Assembly: GCA_031389965.1 (NCBI GenBank)
Contig: JANMTA010000521.1
Coordinates: 1 to 34,520 of the forward strand
Source of the DNA: Betaproteobacteria bacterium
GTDB taxonomy: Bacteria; Pseudomonadota; Gammaproteobacteria; Burkholderiales; Rhodocyclaceae
Direction of reading: 5' to 3'
DNA: 34,520 bases
Shown here piece by piece: positions 7,645 to 22,481 of the stretch (position 1 is the stretch's first letter; every line of letters starts with the position of its first letter). The notes under the pieces are model-generated. The model did not search any database and had not been told where the DNA came from. It saw only the letters and a program-made list of their open reading frames with translations. The position numbers were made by a program, and so were the translations under genes.

Positions 7645-9905
7645 TGAGAAATTTAAAACTTGCTGCGCTTGCACTCGCCGGCTTTTGGCTTGGACTTTCC
7701 GGCGTTTCGCTAGCGGCCGAAAACTCCATCAAGCAGATTCAGGTCAGGCGAGATGGCGATCAAGTCCTGCTCAAGGTGCAGATGGCGGCACCCCTGAAGG
7801 CACTGCCGGGAAACTGGAGCGTCGTTGAACCGCCGCGGGTGGTAATCGACTTTCCCGAGACCGACAACAAGTCCGGGCAGTCCACGCAACAGGTGGCGGA
7901 AGGCGATCTCAAGAGCCTGAATCTGATACAGACGGACAAATTGACGCGTTTGGTGCTGAACCTGTATCGGCCGACCAAGTTCTCTACGGAGGTAGTCGGC
8001 GACGTTCTTTTCATCAAACTGCAAGGTCAGGGCGTTCAGGCCAGCAACGAAGCTGCGCCGAGTGTCTATCAGCAAACCAAGCCGGCGACTGCGGCAGGAA
8101 CATCGGTCCCCGCGGCTGATACTGCCGCCATCCGCGATATCGTGTTCCGCCGTGGTGAAGATGGCCAAGCCTTGATCATCGTGGATCTGACCGATGGCAC
8201 CGTACCGATCGACATTCGTCGCGTGGGAAACGGGCTAACCGTGGAACTGCGTGATGTCGAACTGCCCGAACGCCTGCAGAACCGCCGCGACGTCAACGAC
8301 TTCGCCACGCCGGTAACGACGATGACCTCGCGCGCGATCGGCAATCTGACGCGCCTTGACATCAATGCTCGCGGCCGCTGGTTTCACCAGGCGCATCTGG
8401 CAAACAACCAGCTGACCATCGAAGTCAAGCCGATACCCGCGGATGACGCCAACAAGTTGGTTCAGACTGGCCAGCAGGGGCAAAAGATTTCGATCAACTT
8501 TTTCGGCGCCGACGCGACGATGGTCTTGCGCACTCTGGCCGACATCTCCGGCAAGAATGTGCTGGTCGACCCTTCGCTGAATGGCAGAACGGTCACCGCA
8601 AACCTTGACAACATTCCCTATGATCAAGCGCTTGAAATCATCATGGCGCAAGTCAACGCGGGGATGCGGGTCCGCAATGACATCATTCTGTTCGGTGATC
8701 GAGCCGTACTGCAAAAGCGGGACCAGGACAGCGCCGACGAGGCCACTCGGGCGAGCGATGTTGCGCCGCTGGTGGCGGAAACGTTCAAGCTCAACTATGT
8801 CAAGACCGCCGATATCATTGCATTGGTGAACAGCAGCTTTTCTCCTGCTGCCGCGCCTACGGGTGCGACGGTCCCTGTCGCCGGAGTGGTATCGCCGGCG
8901 GCCGGTATCGCCGGCGGTGCGCCGGCTCCTGCGGCAGGCGCTCCCGCGGCAGGCGCCTCCGCCGGTTCAGCCAAGGGCATGCTCAGCGCGCGCGGCAGCA
9001 TATCGGCGCACGACGCGACCAATCAGATATTCGTCCGGGACACGGCTGTTGTGGTGGAGGCCATTCGCGAAGTCATCCGGAATGTGGATCTCCCACCCAA
9101 GCAGGTGATGATCGAGGCGCGGATTGTCGAAGCGTCTACCGGCTTTGCCAGTTCTTTGGGCGTACGCTTGCGGCTTGCTGACGCCACCATGCTGGGCGAT
9201 GGCGGACGCAGCCTGTTCGGCGGCGGACTCCGAGGGGCTTTGGGGACCACGACAAGCTATTCCAATGTCGATACCTATGGAACGTCTGGCCATCCACCGA
9301 CCCTGACACGCTCCACCAATATATTCCAGCCCAGCTATGCGTTGGCAGGGGCTGCCAATATCGGCCTGATGCTGTTCAATGGCGCCGGGAGCAAGTTGCT
9401 GGCCCTGGAACTGCAGGCGGCGGAGGCTGATTCGCGCAACAAGACGGTATCTTCGCCCAGAGTCGTCACGCTGAACCGCAAAGCGGCAACGATCAACAAT
9501 ACCCAACAGGTAACCATTCTCAGCGGAGTAAATGCCACCACGGGCTTGCCGATCTACCAGACGTTCTCGGCCCCCCTCACTCTGGGTGTCACGCCTTCCA
9601 TCAATCCCGACAACCGCATAAGCCTTGATCTGAATATTGCCAAGAGCACGATCACCAATGCGTCGACCGGCAGCCTCGACACCAACACGGTGACCACCAA
9701 TGTGATTGTCGAAAATGGCGGAACAGTGGTCATCGGCGGTTTTGCGCGGGAATCCGATCTTCAGGTCCAGGACCGCGTTCCTTTCCTCGGTGATTTACCC
9801 TACGTAGGAAACCTGTTCAAGACCACGACGAAGAGCCAGTCGCGCTCTGAATTGCTGATCTTCATTACGCCGCGCATCATCAGCGAGGCACTGACGCAGC
9901 GATAG
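7644..9905 (+). CDS. pilQ: type IV pilus secretin PilQ
   Basis: ATG 7644 overlaps the pilP stop; signal peptide, AMIN-like domains, QVMIEARIVEA, VENGGTVVIGG, VPFLGDLPYVGNLF, ELLIFITPRI. Confidence 0.95.
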   Translation: MRNLKLAALALAGFWLGLSGVSLAAENSIKQIQVRRDGDQVLLKVQMAAPLKALPGNWSVVEPPRVVIDFPETDNKSGQSTQQVAEGDLKSLNLIQTDKLTRLVLNLYRPTKFSTEVVGDVLFIKLQGQGVQASNEAAPSVYQQTKPATAAGTSVPAADTAAIRDIVFRRGEDGQALIIVDLTDGTVPIDIRRVGNGLTVELRDVELPERLQNRRDVNDFATPVTTMTSRAIGNLTRLDINARGRWFHQAHLANNQLTIEVKPIPADDANKLVQTGQQGQKISINFFGADATMVLRTLADISGKNVLVDPSLNGRTVTANLDNIPYDQALEIIMAQVNAGMRVRNDIILFGDRAVLQKRDQDSADEATRASDVAPLVAETFKLNYVKTADIIALVNSSFSPAAAPTGATVPVAGVVSPAAGIAGGAPAPAAGAPAAGASAGSAKGMLSARGSISAHDATNQIFVRDTAVVVEAIREVIRNVDLPPKQVMIEARIVEASTGFASSLGVRLRLADATMLGDGGRSLFGGGLRGALGTTTSYSNVDTYGTSGHPPTLTRSTNIFQPSYALAGAANIGLMLFNGAGSKLLALELQAAEADSRNKTVSSPRVVTLNRKAATINNTQQVTILSGVNATTGLPIYQTFSAPLTLGVTPSINPDNRISLDLNIAKSTITNASTGSLDTNTVTTNVIVENGGTVVIGGFARESDLQVQDRVPFLGDLPYVGNLFKTTTKSQSRSELLIFITPRIISEALTQR

Positions 9906-9927
9906 ACTGGGTTCAAATCGGTCAGCC

Positions 9928-9958
9928 GGGGCCGGCCCATGCCGGCCCCTTTGTTTTT
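9928..9958 (+). terminator. intrinsic terminator after pilQ
   Basis: GGGGCCGGC-CCAT-GCCGGCCCC perfect 9-bp stem followed by TTTGTTTTT. Confidence 0.85.
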
Positions 9959-10087
9959 ATGTCCCCGCAGAAGGCGGGGACGTTATCCCCTGATGGGCTA
10001 TGTCGCCGCGCGACATGGGAATCCTGCCCACCGCTGGGATACGTCACCAACAGGAGCGCCAGGGACGGCATCCTCCGGCGGCTGCGC

Positions 10088-10096
10088 TGCTACAAT
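10088..10096 (+). promoter_or_regulatory. extended -10 promoter for aroK-aroB-dgt
   Basis: TGC-TACAAT, separated by 6 nt from the aroK GTG at 10103. Confidence 0.5.
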
Positions 10097-10102
10097 CCGT
10101 TC

Positions 10103-10630
10103 GTGAGTGCAGACAACAACATTTACCTGGTCGGCATGCCAGGCGCGGGCAAGACGTCGGTCGGTCGTCAGCTGGCAAGGCGCATGCAACGCTCCTTTGT
10201 CGATGCCGATCACGAGATCGAGGCGCGTACCGGCGTCCGGATTCCGCTGATTTTCGACATCGAGGGCGAGCAGGGTTTTCGGGATCGCGAGTCAAGAGTG
10301 CTCATCGAACTGGGCAGGCAATCCAACCTGGTGGTTGCCACCGGTGGCGGTGCCGTACTCCGTCCGGAAAATCGCGCTGCGCTCAAGCAGGGTGGCATAG
10401 TTGTTTATCTTCACGCCACACCACGCCTGCTGTTCGAGCGCACCCGCCTGGATCCCAATCGACCCTTGTTGCAGGTCGCCGATCCAATGAGGAAGCTGGA
10501 GGAGCTGTTCACAGAGCGCGATCCTCTGTACCGCGCAGTGGCCGATATCACCATCAACAGTCTGGGCGGCAGCATCAGCCACCTGGTCAAGCAGGTGGAA
10601 CGGGAGTTGCAAAAGCAATGCGCCGCCTGA
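10103..10630 (+). CDS. aroK: shikimate kinase
   Basis: [13 protein letters not shown] (Walker A), [28 protein letters not shown]; start placed at GTG 10103. Confidence 0.95.
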   Translation: MSADNNIYLVGMPGAGKTSVGRQLARRMQRSFVDADHEIEARTGVRIPLIFDIEGEQGFRDRESRVLIELGRQSNLVVATGGGAVLRPENRAALKQGGIVVYLHATPRLLFERTRLDPNRPLLQVADPMRKLEELFTERDPLYRAVADITINSLGGSISHLVKQVERELQKQCAA

Positions 10631-11712
10631 GCCTCACGCTCGGCGATCGCAGCTATCCCATTCTGATCGGCGGTGGTTTGCTCGTCCGTGCCGATCTGAT
10701 ACTGCCTTTTTTGCGCACCCCCCGAGTCGCGCTCGTCAGCAACACTACCGTGGCGCCACTGTATCTGGATAGCCTTGTTGGCGGCCTCGAGAAAGTCGGC
10801 GTTGGCGTGACGCCGATAATTCTTCCCGATGGCGAGGCGCACAAGACATGGGAGTCGTTGAACCTGATTTACGATGCGCTGCTCGCCGCCCGCTGCGACC
10901 GCAGCACCACTGTCGTTGCCCTCGGTGGCGGGGTCATCGGCGATCTCGCGGGCTTCGCCGCCGCGACCTATCAGCGCGGCGTACCCTTCATCCAGATTCC
11001 CACCACCCTGTTGTCGCAGGTTGACTCATCGGTGGGCGGCAAGACCGGTATCAATCATCCGCGCGGCAAGAACATGATAGGCGCCTTCTGGCAGCCGAAG
11101 CTGGTGCTGGCGGATACCGACACCCTGAAAACACTGCCGGATCGCGAATTGTCGGCAGGCATGGCGGAAGTCATCAAGTACGGCCTGATTCGCGACCTGC
11201 CCTTCCTGGAATGGCTGGAGGCCAACATGGGGGGCCTGCTGGCTCGCGACGGAGATCTTCTCGCACATGCCATAGAGCACTCCTGCGCCAACAAGGCCGC
11301 GGTCGTGGCCGCCGATGAATTCGAGACGGCCAGGGAAGGCGGTCGGGCGCTGCTCAACCTGGGTCATACCTTCGGGCATGCCATGGAGGCTGGCGCCGGC
11401 TACGGCCAATGGCTGCACGGTGAGGCCGTCGCTGCCGGCACCATGATGGCAGTCGAACTCTCGCGTCGCATGGGTTGGTTGTCAAGCGGCGATGTGGATC
11501 GGGTGCGCAGGCTGTTGCAAGTTGCGGGTTTGCCGGTGCGCGGGCCGAACCTCGGTGTCGCGCGCTATCTGGAGCTGATGTCACACGACAAGAAAGTCGT
11601 CGCCGGCACTTTGCGCCTGGTCCTGCTCAAGGCGCTCGGCGAAGCCGTGACCTGCAACGATGCACCGCAGGAAAAAATTGTCGCAGCCATAGAAAACTGC
11701 TGCCATGTTTGA
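10618..11712 (+). CDS. aroB: 3-dehydroquinate synthase
   Basis: [50 protein letters not shown]; ATG 10618. Confidence 0.96.
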   Translation: MRRLSLTLGDRSYPILIGGGLLVRADLILPFLRTPRVALVSNTTVAPLYLDSLVGGLEKVGVGVTPIILPDGEAHKTWESLNLIYDALLAARCDRSTTVVALGGGVIGDLAGFAAATYQRGVPFIQIPTTLLSQVDSSVGGKTGINHPRGKNMIGAFWQPKLVLADTDTLKTLPDRELSAGMAEVIKYGLIRDLPFLEWLEANMGGLLARDGDLLAHAIEHSCANKAAVVAADEFETAREGGRALLNLGHTFGHAMEAGAGYGQWLHGEAVAAGTMMAVELSRRMGWLSSGDVDRVRRLLQVAGLPVRGPNLGVARYLELMSHDKKVVAGTLRLVLLKALGEAVTCNDAPQEKIVAAIENCCHV

Positions 11713-12829
11713 CATGGTGCCGTATGCAGTCAACGACAGCACCAGCTGCGGGCGCCTCGTCGCAGAGCCACGCCCAAAGGCACGCAGCGAGTTTCAGCGC
11801 GACCGCGACCGCATCGTGCATTCCACGGCCTTTCGTCGTCTCGAGTACAAGACGCAGGTGTTCGTCAATCACGAAGGGGACTTGTTTCGCACCCGGCTCA
11901 CCCACAGCATCGAGGTCGCACAGATCGCGCGCTCGATCGCGCGTGCCTTGCGTCTCAATGACGACCTGACGGAAGCCATCGCCCTGGCGCATGACCTCGG
12001 GCACACCCCGTTTGGTCATGCCGGCCAGGATGCATTGAACGAATGCATGCAGGGCCACGGCGGCTTCGAGCACAACCTGCAGAGCCTGCGCATCGTCGAT
12101 CGCCTGGAACAGCGCTACGGCGCCTTCGACGGTCTCAACCTGATGTTTGAAACGCGCGAGGGCATCCTCAAGCACTGTTCGCCGGCCCGTGCGCGCGAAC
12201 TCGGCGAACTCGGCCAGCGCTTTCTGGAAGGTCGTCGGCCGTCGCTGGAGGCCCAGATCTGCAACCTGGCCGACGAAATCGCCTACAACAACCACGACGT
12301 CGATGACGGCCTGCGCTCGGGGCTTCTGACGCTGGAGCAACTCGAAGGCGTAACTCTCTTCGCCCGCCATGCGGCCGAAGCCGATGCCGAGTTCCCGCAC
12401 ATGCCCGGCCGGCGCCGCGTGCACGAAACCATACGGCGCATGATCGATGCCCAGGTCACCGATTTGCTGGCCGAGTCGGCACAGCGGATTACTGCTGCTG
12501 CTCCGGCCACGTTGGCAGAGGTCCACGCCGCACCGCCGCTGATCGCCTTCACCGACACAATGAAGGCCGAAAATCGCGCACTCAAGGTCTTTCTGCGCGA
12601 CCACCTGTACCAACACTATCAGGTGCTGCGCATGACGGCGAAAGCACGACGCATCATCAGTGATTTGTTCAGCGCCTTCGTTGCTGACCCGCGTCTGCTG
12701 CCGCCCCAATACCAGGAGATGGCGGCCGCAGAGAACATCGCGCGCGCCACGGCGGACTACATTGCCGGCATGACCGACCGCTATTCGATGAAGGAGCACC
12801 GTCGCCTGTTCTCAGTCGGCGAATTGTGA
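11705..12829 (+). CDS. dgt: deoxyguanosinetriphosphate triphosphohydrolase-like protein (HD domain)
   Basis: [57 protein letters not shown]. Confidence 0.93.
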   Translation: MFDMVPYAVNDSTSCGRLVAEPRPKARSEFQRDRDRIVHSTAFRRLEYKTQVFVNHEGDLFRTRLTHSIEVAQIARSIARALRLNDDLTEAIALAHDLGHTPFGHAGQDALNECMQGHGGFEHNLQSLRIVDRLEQRYGAFDGLNLMFETREGILKHCSPARARELGELGQRFLEGRRPSLEAQICNLADEIAYNNHDVDDGLRSGLLTLEQLEGVTLFARHAAEADAEFPHMPGRRRVHETIRRMIDAQVTDLLAESAQRITAAAPATLAEVHAAPPLIAFTDTMKAENRALKVFLRDHLYQHYQVLRMTAKARRIISDLFSAFVADPRLLPPQYQEMAAAENIARATADYIAGMTDRYSMKEHRRLFSVGEL

Positions 12830-12854
12830 ACTCCGTTTGCTGCATTGCAGCGTA

Positions 12855-12883
12855 TTGAATTCGACCGCTTTTGGCGGTATATT
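12855..12883 (+). promoter_or_regulatory. sigma70-type promoter for gltBD
   Basis: TTGAAT (12855-12860), 17 bp, TATATT (12878-12883); palindrome GCTGCATTGCAGC (12839-12851) just upstream of the -35. Confidence 0.55.
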
Positions 12884-12917
12884 TGGGCCATTCGCCGCGT
12901 ATGGCGGAACATACAAG

Positions 12918-12947
12918 GCCGGGGAGTGGCATCACCCCGGCTTTTTT
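12918..12947 (+). terminator. terminator-like hairpin in the dgt-gltB spacer / gltB leader
   Basis: GCCGGG-ga-GTG-gcat-CAC-CCCGGC followed by TTTTTT. Confidence 0.55.
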
Positions 12948-12992
12948 GCCGGCTTCCCCGGCTTTTTGCCGGCCGCATTTCCGAGGAAAGAC

Positions 12993-17623
<4,631 letters not shown>

Positions 17624-17624
<1 letters not shown>

Positions 17625-17751
17625 TGAGCGCCTTCCCCCCGCCCCCCTTCTCGAAGAAGGGGGTGATTCTGGTTCCGTCGCCGCAAACCGCGCGGAGACT
17701 TCCACACATTGACTTGCTGCCCTCTTGGGGCGGCCCTGCGGAGGCAGCGTA
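17624..17751. repeat. 128-bp REP/MITE-like insert at the gltB-gltD junction
   Basis: Bounded by direct repeat GCAGCGTA (17616-17623 and 17744-17751); hairpin CCCCCTTCT-cga-AGAAGGGGG; contains the reverse complement of CCGCAGGGCCGCCCCAAG (17724-17741). Confidence 0.6.
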
Positions 17752-19230
17752 ATGGGCAAGCCCACCGGATTTCTCGAATTTCAACGCATTTCCGAGACCT
17801 ACGAAAAGGCCGAGAGCCGTGTCCTTCACTATCACGAATTCATCCCGCATTTGACGGATGACAAGGCCCGGATACAAGGTGCGCGCTGCATGGATTGCGG
17901 CATTCCGTTCTGCAACAACGGTTGCCCGGTCAACAACCTGATCCCTGACTGGAACGACCTGGTCTACAAGGGACGTTGGCGCGAGGCAATCGAGACGCTG
18001 CATTCGACCAACAACTTTCCGGAATTCACCAGCCGCATCTGCCCCGCACCCTGCGAGGCGGCCTGCACGCTGAACATTCCGCAAACCCCGGTGGGCATCA
18101 AGTCGATCGAGCGCGCCATCATCGACAAGGCCGGCGAAAACGGCTGGGTGGTGCCGCAGCCTGCGGCGACGAAGACGGGAAAGAAGATTGCCGTGGTCGG
18201 CTCCGGCCCGGCCGGGCTGGCCGCGGCGCAGCAGCTGGCGCGCGCCGGCCATGCCGTCACCGTGTTCGAGAAGAACGAGCGCATCGGCGGCCTGCTGCGC
18301 TATGGCATTCCCGACTTCAAGCTGGACAAGCGGCTGATCGACTGGCGCATGGCGCAGATGCAGGCGGAAGGCGTCAAGTTCGTCACCGGCGCCATGGTCA
18401 CCGCTGCAGTCCTGCCCAAGGGCGTGATCAATGATGCGAAGAAGATTGTCAGTCCCGAGCAGCTGAAGAAGGATTTCGACGCCGTGGTGCTTGCCGGCGG
18501 CGCCGAAAACCCGCGCGACCTGCCGGTTCCCGGGCGCGAGCTCGCGGGCGTGCATTTCGCGCTGGAGTTCCTGATTCCGCAGAACAAGGAAGTCTCAGGA
18601 GGCAGCAAAAATCCGATCAACGTCAGCGGCAAGCATGTCATCGTCATCGGTGGCGGCGATACCGGCTCGGACTGCGTCGGCACCTCCAACCGCCACGGCG
18701 CCGCCAGCATCACCCAGATCGAATTGTTGCCGCGTCCGCCCGAGCAGGAGAACGGCCCGCTGACCTGGCCCTACTGGCCGCTGCGCATGCGCACTTCGTC
18801 GTCGCATGACGAAGGCTGCGACCGCGATTGGGCCATCGGCACCAAGGCATTCGTCGGCCACCAGGATGGTCCAAATCGCGGCAAGCTCAAAGCGATCAAG
18901 GTCGTGCACCTGGCATGGGAAGGCAACAAGATGAGCGAAGTACCGGGTTCCGAATTCGAGATCCCGGCCGATTTTGCCTTTCTCGCCATGGGCTTCATCA
19001 ATCCGGTGGGTGGCATACTCGATGCCTTCGGCATCGACAAGGACGCTCGCGGCAATGCCAGTGCGGCGACCGAAGGCCAGCAGGCCTACGCCACCAATGT
19101 GCCCGGCGTGTTCGCCGCCGGCGACATGCGGCGCGGCCAGTCGCTGGTGGTCTGGGCGATTCGCGAAGGCCGTCAGTGCGCACGCACGGTCGACCAGTTC
19201 CTGATGGGTTGCACCACCTTGCCGCGTTGA
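17752..19230 (+). CDS. gltD: glutamate synthase small subunit
   Basis: MGKPTGF start, [51 protein letters not shown]. Confidence 0.97.
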   Translation: MGKPTGFLEFQRISETYEKAESRVLHYHEFIPHLTDDKARIQGARCMDCGIPFCNNGCPVNNLIPDWNDLVYKGRWREAIETLHSTNNFPEFTSRICPAPCEAACTLNIPQTPVGIKSIERAIIDKAGENGWVVPQPAATKTGKKIAVVGSGPAGLAAAQQLARAGHAVTVFEKNERIGGLLRYGIPDFKLDKRLIDWRMAQMQAEGVKFVTGAMVTAAVLPKGVINDAKKIVSPEQLKKDFDAVVLAGGAENPRDLPVPGRELAGVHFALEFLIPQNKEVSGGSKNPINVSGKHVIVIGGGDTGSDCVGTSNRHGAASITQIELLPRPPEQENGPLTWPYWPLRMRTSSSHDEGCDRDWAIGTKAFVGHQDGPNRGKLKAIKVVHLAWEGNKMSEVPGSEFEIPADFAFLAMGFINPVGGILDAFGIDKDARGNASAATEGQQAYATNVPGVFAAGDMRRGQSLVVWAIREGRQCARTVDQFLMGCTTLPR

Positions 19231-19237
19231 GCGTACC

Positions 19238-20623
19238 TTGAACGTCGTCATTCTCGCCGCCGGGCAGGGCAAGCGGATGCGCTCCGATTTGCCCAAGGTA
19301 TTGCATCCGCTGGCGGGCAAGCCGTTACTGGGACATGTCGTCGACGCGGCGCGCGAGCTCGGCGCCGCGCGAATCTGCGTGGTGTACGGCCACGGTGGCG
19401 AGCAGGTGCGTGAGGCGCTGGATGCGCCCGACCTGAGCTGGGCCAGACAGGAGCCCCAGCTCGGCACCGGCCACGCGGTGCTGCAGGCCATGCCGGCCGC
19501 CGTAGCGTCAGCGCCGACCAAGTCTTCAACCCTGGTTCTGTACGGCGACGTACCCCTCACGCGCGTCGCCACACTGAAACGCCTGATTGAAGCGGCTGGC
19601 GACGGTGCCCTGGCGCTGCTCACCGCGCATTTCGATGATCCGCATGGCTACGGCCGCATTGTCCGTGTCGCGGGCAAGGTCACGCGCATCGTCGAGGAGA
19701 AGGACGCCGATGATGCCGAACGTGCCATCGGCGAAATCAATACCGGCATCCTCGTCGCACCCACCGTGGCGCTGGCGCGCTGGTTGCCGACGCTGGGCAA
19801 TCGCAATGCGCAGGGCGAGTACTACCTGACTGACATCGTCGCGCTGGCGGTCGCCGAAGGCATGCCGGTGGTGACCGCGCATCCCGACCATGCCTGGGAA
19901 ACCGAAGGCGTGAACAGCAAGCTGCAGCTCGCAGCGCTGGAGCGTGTGCATCAGCGCAATGTCGCCGCAGCGCTGATGGAAGCCGGCGTGACGCTGGCCG
20001 ATCCGGCGCGCATCGACGTGCGTGGCGAACTGCTATGCGGCCGCGATGTCGCGATCGACGTCAATTGCGTCTTCGAAGGTCGCGTCGAACTCGCCGACGG
20101 CGTGACTATTGGTGCCAACTGCGTGCTGAAGGACTGCCGCATCGGCAGTGGCACCAAGATCGCCCCCTTCTGCCACATCGACGAAGCGCTGGTCGGCGCG
20201 GATGCCGCCATCGGCCCCTACGCCCGGCTGCGTCCCGGCACCGAACTCGGCCGCGACGTGCATATCGGCAATTTCGTCGAAGTGAAGAATTCCAGCATCG
20301 CCGACCATTCGAAGGCCAATCACCTGGCCTATCTCGGCGACGCCACCATCGGCAGTCGGGTCAACGTCGGCGCCGGCACCATCACCTGCAATTACGACGG
20401 CGCCAACAAGTTCCGCACCGTGATCGAGGACGATGTCTTCATCGGCTCCGATACCCAACTGGTGGCGCCGGTCACCGTCGGCCACGGCGCCACGCTGGGC
20501 GCCGGCACCACGCTGACGCGCGATGCGCCGCCGGACCAGCTGACGGTTTCGCGCGCCAGGCAGGTCTCGATTCCCGGCTGGAAGCGGCCGGTCAAGATCC
20601 CAAAACCGCAGAAAAAGGACTGA
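19238..20623 (+). CDS. glmU: bifunctional UDP-GlcNAc pyrophosphorylase / glucosamine-1-phosphate acetyltransferase
   Basis: [38 protein letters not shown], hexapeptide repeats, NYDGANK; TTG start. Confidence 0.97.
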   Translation: MNVVILAAGQGKRMRSDLPKVLHPLAGKPLLGHVVDAARELGAARICVVYGHGGEQVREALDAPDLSWARQEPQLGTGHAVLQAMPAAVASAPTKSSTLVLYGDVPLTRVATLKRLIEAAGDGALALLTAHFDDPHGYGRIVRVAGKVTRIVEEKDADDAERAIGEINTGILVAPTVALARWLPTLGNRNAQGEYYLTDIVALAVAEGMPVVTAHPDHAWETEGVNSKLQLAALERVHQRNVAAALMEAGVTLADPARIDVRGELLCGRDVAIDVNCVFEGRVELADGVTIGANCVLKDCRIGSGTKIAPFCHIDEALVGADAAIGPYARLRPGTELGRDVHIGNFVEVKNSSIADHSKANHLAYLGDATIGSRVNVGAGTITCNYDGANKFRTVIEDDVFIGSDTQLVAPVTVGHGATLGAGTTLTRDAPPDQLTVSRARQVSIPGWKRPVKIPKPQKKD

Positions 20624-20626
20624 GCC

Positions 20627-22456
20627 ATGTGCGGCATCGTCGCAGCCGTTGCCGCGCGCAACATTGTCCCGGTCCTGATCGAAGGCCTGATGAAGCTGGA
20701 ATATCGCGGCTACGATTCGGCCGGCCTGGCCCTGCTCAATCCGACCCTGACACGCCTGCGCAGCGTCGGTCGTGTCGCCGAACTTGCACAGCAGGCGCAG
20801 GGGCAGGTCGCGCACCACGGCATTGCCCATACGCGCTGGGCCACCCACGGCGTACCTTCCGAGCGCAACGCGCATCCGCATGTTTCCGCCGGGCTGGCGG
20901 TGGTGCATAACGGCATCATCGAAAACTACGCCGAGCTGAAGCAGGAATTGCTCTCCGTTGGCTACGTCTTCAATTCGGATACCGACACCGAAGTCATCGC
21001 CCACCTGATCCAGCACACGCTGAAATCGGCGCCCGACTTGTTCGCGGCGGTGCGCCTGGCGACCGCGCGCCTGATCGGCGCCTACGCGATTGCCGTGCTG
21101 CAGGAGATGGACGACCGCATCGTCGTCGCCCGCCACGGTGCGCCGCTGCTGCTGGGCCTCGGCGAGGATGGCAACTACGCGGCATCGGACGCCTCGGCGC
21201 TGTTGCAGGTGACGCGGCGCATGATCTATCTCGAGGACGGCGATGTCGCCGAGCTCAAGCGCGATGCGATCCGAATAGTCGGCGCTGACGGTACGGCGCT
21301 GGATGTTCCCGCCGATCGGCCGGTGCATGAAAGCACGCTTTCGGCCGACGACGTCGAGCTGGGCGACTACACGCACTACATGCAGAAGGAAATCTTCGAG
21401 CAGCCGCAGGCGCTGGCGGCGACGCTGGAAATGATTGGCGGTGCGCAGACCCTGAGCCCCAACCTGTTCGGCGTCGCCGCGCCGGAAATGCTGGGTGGCG
21501 TGCGCTCGGTGCTGATCCTGGCCTGCGGCACCAGCTACCACTCCGGCCTCGTCGCGCGCTACTGGATCGAGCAACTGGCGGGCATCCCCTGCAGCGTCGA
21601 AATCGCCAGCGAGTATCGCTATCGCGTCTCGGTGCCGAATCCGGAACAGCTCGTGGTGGCGATTTCCCAATCCGGCGAAACCGCCGATACGCTGGCCTCG
21701 GTCAAGCATGCCAGGGCGCTCGGCATGGGCCGCACCCTGGCGATCTGCAACGTCCCCGAATCGGCCATCGTGCGCGAATGCGCGCTGCGCTTCCTGACCC
21801 GCGCCGGCCCCGAGATCGGCGTCGCCTCGACCAAGGCCTTCACCACCCAGCTGGCGGCCCTGTTCCTGCTCGCGGTGACGCTGGCCAAGCAGGCCGGGCG
21901 CCTGGGCTCCGAGCAGGAAGCGGAGCACCTGAAGGCTTTGCGCCACCTGCCGGTCGCGGTGCAGAAAGTGCTGGCGCTCGAACCTGAAATCAAGACCTGG
22001 GCCGAACGTTTCGCCGACAAGCATCACGCCTTGTTCCTCGGCCGCGGCCACCACTACCCGATCGCTCTCGAAGGTGCGCTGAAGCTCAAGGAAATCTCCT
22101 ACATCCATGCCGAGGGCTATCCGGCCGGCGAGCTCAAGCACGGCCCGCTGGCGCTGGTGGACAAAGACATGCCGGTGATCAGCATCGCGCCCAACGATGC
22201 CCTGCTGGAAAAGCTCAAATCCAACCTCAAGGAAGTCGCCGCGCGCGGCGGTGAACTCTACGTTTTTGCAGATGCGGATTCTGCGGTCGATGAAGAACCG
22301 GGCGTGCATGTGCTGCGCCTGCCCGAGCACTACGGCCTGCTGTCACCGGTGCTGCACGTCGTCCCGCTGCAGTTGCTGTCGTATCACGTGGCACTGGTGA
22401 AGGGTACGGACGTCGATAAGCCGCGGAACCTCGCCAAGTCGGTTACCGTCGAGTAG
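20627..22456 (+). CDS. glmS: glutamine-fructose-6-phosphate aminotransferase
   Basis: MCGIV start, [34 protein letters not shown]-terminal [11 protein letters not shown]. Confidence 0.98.
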   Translation: MCGIVAAVAARNIVPVLIEGLMKLEYRGYDSAGLALLNPTLTRLRSVGRVAELAQQAQGQVAHHGIAHTRWATHGVPSERNAHPHVSAGLAVVHNGIIENYAELKQELLSVGYVFNSDTDTEVIAHLIQHTLKSAPDLFAAVRLATARLIGAYAIAVLQEMDDRIVVARHGAPLLLGLGEDGNYAASDASALLQVTRRMIYLEDGDVAELKRDAIRIVGADGTALDVPADRPVHESTLSADDVELGDYTHYMQKEIFEQPQALAATLEMIGGAQTLSPNLFGVAAPEMLGGVRSVLILACGTSYHSGLVARYWIEQLAGIPCSVEIASEYRYRVSVPNPEQLVVAISQSGETADTLASVKHARALGMGRTLAICNVPESAIVRECALRFLTRAGPEIGVASTKAFTTQLAALFLLAVTLAKQAGRLGSEQEAEHLKALRHLPVAVQKVLALEPEIKTWAERFADKHHALFLGRGHHYPIALEGALKLKEISYIHAEGYPAGELKHGPLALVDKDMPVISIAPNDALLEKLKSNLKEVAARGGELYVFADADSAVDEEPGVHVLRLPEHYGLLSPVLHVVPLQLLSYHVALVKGTDVDKPRNLAKSVTVE

Positions 22457-22481
22457 CCAACTGGCAGAAAGGCAGAGGCCA
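22420..22481 (+). other. attTn7-type locus (glmS 3' end), no Tn7 end visible
   Basis: The glmS 3' codons ([11 protein letters not shown]) are the established TnsD recognition region; the 25-bp spacer downstream has no TGT terminus or repeated TnsB sites. Confidence 0.5.

Noticed and set aside
9959-10617. N-terminal extensions of aroK and aroB (and similarly gltB, gltD, livM- and livG-like genes) in the ORF track
   Set aside because: Artefacts of taking the first possible start; family homology begins at the downstream starts, which have an RBS, a promoter or a stop/start overlap.
11705-12829. dGTPase as an anti-phage nucleotide-depletion gene
   Set aside because: It overlaps aroB in the usual aroK-aroB-dgt housekeeping arrangement, with ordinary composition.
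12935-12973. CRISPR-like repeat
   Set aside because: Only two 18-19 bp copies separated by 2 bp; no spacers or cas genes.
20580-20626. glmS ribozyme
   Set aside because: Only 3 bp separate glmU and glmS; there is no leader to hold it.
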